Positions 45,024-48,079 of a DNA stretch of 48,079 nucleotides are shown here, in pieces (the first letter of the stretch is position 1; every line of letters begins with the position of its first letter). The DNA comes from a virus (taxonomy: Duplodnaviria > Caudoviricetes). The position numbers and the translations under genes are program-made. Location: positions 1 to 48,079 of IMG/VR virus record IMGVR_UViG_3300044970_000959; one strand, written 5' to 3'. Under the pieces are notes generated by a model. That model was not told where the DNA came from, did not search any database, and saw nothing but the letters and a program-made list of their open reading frames with translations.

Positions 45024-45897
45024 CGAGATCGAGCGGCACCGGCCCGACGTGCTGCTGCCGCCAGATCCCGAGTTCGCGGAGGACTACGCGGAGGCGGTGC
45101 GGTTCGGTCGCGAGGCGGCGGCTGAGAAGAGCGTGGCCATCGTCGGGATATGCAGGAATGCCATGCCATTTTTGCCGCAGACGCTGCGGCTCATTGAAGA
45201 GACGGGGGCGATGTTCCGCGAGTGGTCGGCGTACCTCGTGGAGAACGATTCGACCGATGACACGAAGGACGTGCTGAAGTCATGGGCCGACAACCGCCAG
45301 CGGTGCGTCAGTCTGAATGACTACGGTCGCCCGCACTTGAATCACACCATTGCCCCCGAGCGGACGCACGCTCTCGCGGAGTATCGAGCCGACTGCCAAT
45401 CGTGGGTGCGACATGGCAAGCATCCCGACATGGTGCTGGTCGTGGATACCGACCCGTGGGGGGGCTGGAGCGTTGATGGCGTGGCGACGAGCGTGGCCCA
45501 CATGGAGTGGGATCAGTCGTGGTACGGGCTCGCATCGTACTCATGGGCCGAGGTTCAGATCGCCGGGCCGGAACCGATCCACTATGACGCGTTTGCCGCG
45601 CGGCTGAACCACTGGGCGAGGCGTGGCCAGCAATGGTTTCATCACTGGCACCCGCCGGTCGGCGGCCCGCCGGTCGAGTTCAACTCCGCGTTCGGGCAGT
45701 TGTGCCTCTACCGCACTCGCCGGTATCTGCAGGGGACGTACACGGGTGAGGACTGCGAGCATGTGTGTCTGCATTGCAGCATCGCCCGCAACGTAGAAAT
45801 CGACGAAGGCGACTACTACGAAGGGCCGAGCCATACCCGTTTGGGTCTGAATCCGTCCAGCCGATGCGTTTCATTTTGGGTGCCCAATGGCCGGTAA
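45001..45897 (+). CDS. Glycosyltransferase (CAP59/mannosyltransferase-like)
   Basis: GICRN, VENDSTDDT, LAEYR, VVDTD, YDAFA, SAFGQLCLY. Confidence 0.75.
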   Translation: MNVQITIDEIERHRPDVLLPPDPEFAEDYAEAVRFGREAAAEKSVAIVGICRNAMPFLPQTLRLIEETGAMFREWSAYLVENDSTDDTKDVLKSWADNRQRCVSLNDYGRPHLNHTIAPERTHALAEYRADCQSWVRHGKHPDMVLVVDTDPWGGWSVDGVATSVAHMEWDQSWYGLASYSWAEVQIAGPEPIHYDAFAARLNHWARRGQQWFHHWHPPVGGPPVEFNSAFGQLCLYRTRRYLQGTYTGEDCEHVCLHCSIARNVEIDEGDYYEGPSHTRLGLNPSSRCVSFWVPNGR

Positions 45898-46294
45898 CAC
45901 CGCAGTCATCGACCGGGCTACGCTCAAGGCCCAGTGGGATTCGTACATCCCCCTGCAGGTGATCGCGGCACACTGGACCGTCTCGGTCCACCAACTCATT
46001 CGGCTGCGGGTGGTCTGGCAGTTCCCGCCGAGGAATGATCGCAAACGGCGATACAAGCCGAGCCGGGCCGAGCGGCTGCTTGACCTGAGCCCGGCGGAAC
46101 TGGCGGCGAGCGAAAACAGCCTGGCACTCGCGCCGCTGGTTGCCGAGCGGGTGACGGTCGTGCAGGCGTGGTGGACGCCCGAGGATCGAGCCGAGCGTGA
46201 GATGACGAGCAAGGCCGAGCCGCTGCGGCTGGCACCGCTTGACCTGCCGCGAGAGTTCGTCGATGCCGAGGAGGAAGGCGACGCCTTCTGGTAG
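45887..46294 (+). CDS. Hypothetical HTH-like protein
   Basis: LQVIAAHWTVSVHQL. Confidence 0.6.
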   Translation: MAGNTAVIDRATLKAQWDSYIPLQVIAAHWTVSVHQLIRLRVVWQFPPRNDRKRRYKPSRAERLLDLSPAELAASENSLALAPLVAERVTVVQAWWTPEDRAEREMTSKAEPLRLAPLDLPREFVDAEEEGDAFW

Positions 46295-46360
46295 GCGTTT
46301 CTGCATGGATTCATCGCGAGGGTGGTAAACCGAAAGGACGCCCACACGAGGAACGCCGTC

Positions 46361-46660
46361 ATGGAAAACTACGGTGCCACGCCTGCCGAACTGACCCAGT
46401 ACGGGAATCTCAACCTTTGGCAGTCGCTCATGCTGCTGCAGCGGTGGTCGCCGCTGATTGGCTACGGCCAGCGGTTTGTGAACGAGGTCGATCCGTACCG
46501 CAAGAGCCTGATCGTGGGCGAGGCTGCGGAATGGCTGGCGAGCCAGACGAAGGCCCAGGCCGACGATCAGCTCGTGCGGCTGCTGGCTGACCTGCTCAAG
46601 ACGCCGCAAGGTGAAGCCATCGTGCGGTGGATTCTCCTGCAGGTGGAGGCCGTGCGGTGA
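46361..46660 (+). CDS. Hypothetical protein (start of lysis/late operon)
   Basis: GAGG RBS; MENYGATPAEL... Confidence 0.65.
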   Translation: MENYGATPAELTQYGNLNLWQSLMLLQRWSPLIGYGQRFVNEVDPYRKSLIVGEAAEWLASQTKAQADDQLVRLLADLLKTPQGEAIVRWILLQVEAVR

Positions 46661-47262
46661 GTTATGACGTTGCATTTCGTGTCGTTGCCCTTGCTCTTGC
46701 GGCGGCTCTACTCGCTGCTCCCTACGGGGCACAAATCAAAGCCCTCGCGTACCGTGCGGTGGAAGCCGGAAAAGCGAAAGCCGGGCTCCTCGCACGAATC
46801 GCAGCCGCCGGCCTGCTGATCGCCGCCGCCTGGGGCAAGGTGCCGCTGCCGACGCTTCCGGTCGCCCCGGCCCGTGTGACGGTTGAGACACCGAGTGACG
46901 AGATGCAACGCCTTGTTACGCCGATTGCCGACGCCCTGCGCGGTGCGTCGCCTGTAGATCGTGCCCTGTGGGCCGAAGTCTGGACGAAGGCCGCGACCGT
47001 GGCGGCTGGCGATGCCGTCACGACCGAGGTGGTGTTCACCGACACTCGCAGCCTGCGGGCGTTCACGGCCCTCGCCGTGGACATCGCCTGGCGTCGCATC
47101 GGGCAGCACGTGCCGGGCTCCAACGAGTCGCTGCGGAAGGCTGTAGAGGCCGCCTACGGGGCCGCTCTGGGCTCCGACGTAGTTCCGGTCACTGCGGACC
47201 TGCGGGGCCGTTACGTGGCGTTTTGCAAGGCCGTGGCATGGGCCGGCGTCAACGGGGGCTGA
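46657..47262 (+). CDS. Membrane protein with two N-terminal hydrophobic helices
   Basis: VVALALAAALLAAP and LLARIAAAGLLIAAAW. Confidence 0.7.
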   Translation: MSYDVAFRVVALALAAALLAAPYGAQIKALAYRAVEAGKAKAGLLARIAAAGLLIAAAWGKVPLPTLPVAPARVTVETPSDEMQRLVTPIADALRGASPVDRALWAEVWTKAATVAAGDAVTTEVVFTDTRSLRAFTALAVDIAWRRIGQHVPGSNESLRKAVEAAYGAALGSDVVPVTADLRGRYVAFCKAVAWAGVNGG

Positions 47263-47265
47263 CGC

Positions 47266-48079
47266 ATGGCTGAGCATGGCATGGGCTATTTGCCCGATCC
47301 CGCCGGTGCCGCCGCATTCGTGGCGACTTTGCCGCATCCGACGCTGGCGACGGCCGGGCCTGACCTGCGGGCGGCTGGTCAGGACGTGATGCTCTACCCG
47401 GCCCTGCTCAAGTGCGACCGAAACTGGCGGCGTGGCTCGCAGGGTAACGTCGGCTCGTGCGTCGGCTGGGGCGCATCGCTCGCCGTGGACGTTATCGCGG
47501 CCTGCGATATTCATTGGCGGAACGAGCCGGAGACGTGGGTGGGCCGCACAATCGAAGCGAGCCTGTACGGGTTCTCCCGTGTGGAGGCTCGCGGGCAGCG
47601 AACGAACACCGGCGGCGACGGGTCTACCGGGTTTCACGCCGCGAAGAGCATCCGTGACTTCGGCTGCCTTCACTATGGCGTTGACTACGGCGGCTTAGTA
47701 ATCCGTGAGGATAGTAAGCAGCAGCGGGATCGCGAGTGGGGCCGCAACGGCGTGCCCGACGCGCTGGAGCCGTTCGCCAAGCAGCGGCGGTGCGCCGAAA
47801 CGACGCTCGCGGTGAACTTCGACCAGGCGGCTGCCGCGATCAGCAACGGCTACCCGGTGGTCGTGTGCAGCGGGCAGGGATTCAGCATGAGCCGCGACGA
47901 TGACGGCTTTTGCAAGCCGGGCGGCGTCTGGTGGCATTGCATGTGCTTCATCGGCGTTCGCTACGGCAAGCGGCCGGGGCTGCTGTGTGCCAACTCGTGG
48001 GGCGACTCCAACACGGTTGGCAAGCATTACCCGCACGACATCCCCGAGGCGGTGCGGAACTGCTCGTTTTGGAGCGACG
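47266..48079 (+). CDS. Papain-like cysteine peptidase (C1 family), runs off the window end
   Basis: QGNVGSC (catalytic Cys), WHCM (His), ANSWG (Asn); missing from the ORF track because it has no stop in the window. Confidence 0.88.
   Translation, partial: MAEHGMGYLPDPAGAAAFVATLPHPTLATAGPDLRAAGQDVMLYPALLKCDRNWRRGSQGNVGSCVGWGASLAVDVIAACDIHWRNEPETWVGRTIEASLYGFSRVEARGQRTNTGGDGSTGFHAAKSIRDFGCLHYGVDYGGLVIREDSKQQRDREWGRNGVPDALEPFAKQRRCAETTLAVNFDQAAAAISNGYPVVVCSGQGFSMSRDDDGFCKPGGVWWHCMCFIGVRYGKRPGLLCANSWGDSNTVGKHYPHDIPEAVRNCSFWSD

Overview
The window looks like an essentially complete, circularly permuted ~48 kb GC-rich temperate tailed phage with HK97-type head and lambda-type long-tail genes. A papain-like gene is split across the two ends. 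Gene order: lysis/membrane genes; a displaced fibre module; HNH-terS-terL-portal-protease-capsid; neck, tail, tape measure and a Cys-rich tail tip; a nucleotide-metabolism module; a leftward early operon; a tyrosine integrase/HTH switch; recombination, methylation and replication genes (RecT, SNF2 helicase, two DNA MTases, initiator, LexA-like HTH, sliding clamp, MazG, RusA); and a methyltransferase/glycosyltransferase cluster. The most striking signal is a small array of integron attC-like sites at 41.3-42.0 kb. It delimits gene cassettes whose RBS and start codon lie inside the attC loop, in a phage with no recognisable IntI. Other unusual signals: a HAD-phosphatase domain fused to the portal; an in-frame amber in the prohead-protease gene; a CI-less switch with twin inverted promoters, 16-bp-spacer promoters, palindromic operators and LexA-like boxes; a GGA-hairpin (CsrA-site-like) RNA; several structured intergenic elements; and no canonical endolysin. 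The host may be a planctomycete, but this is inference from protein style only. All calls come from motif recognition by eye; no searches were run.
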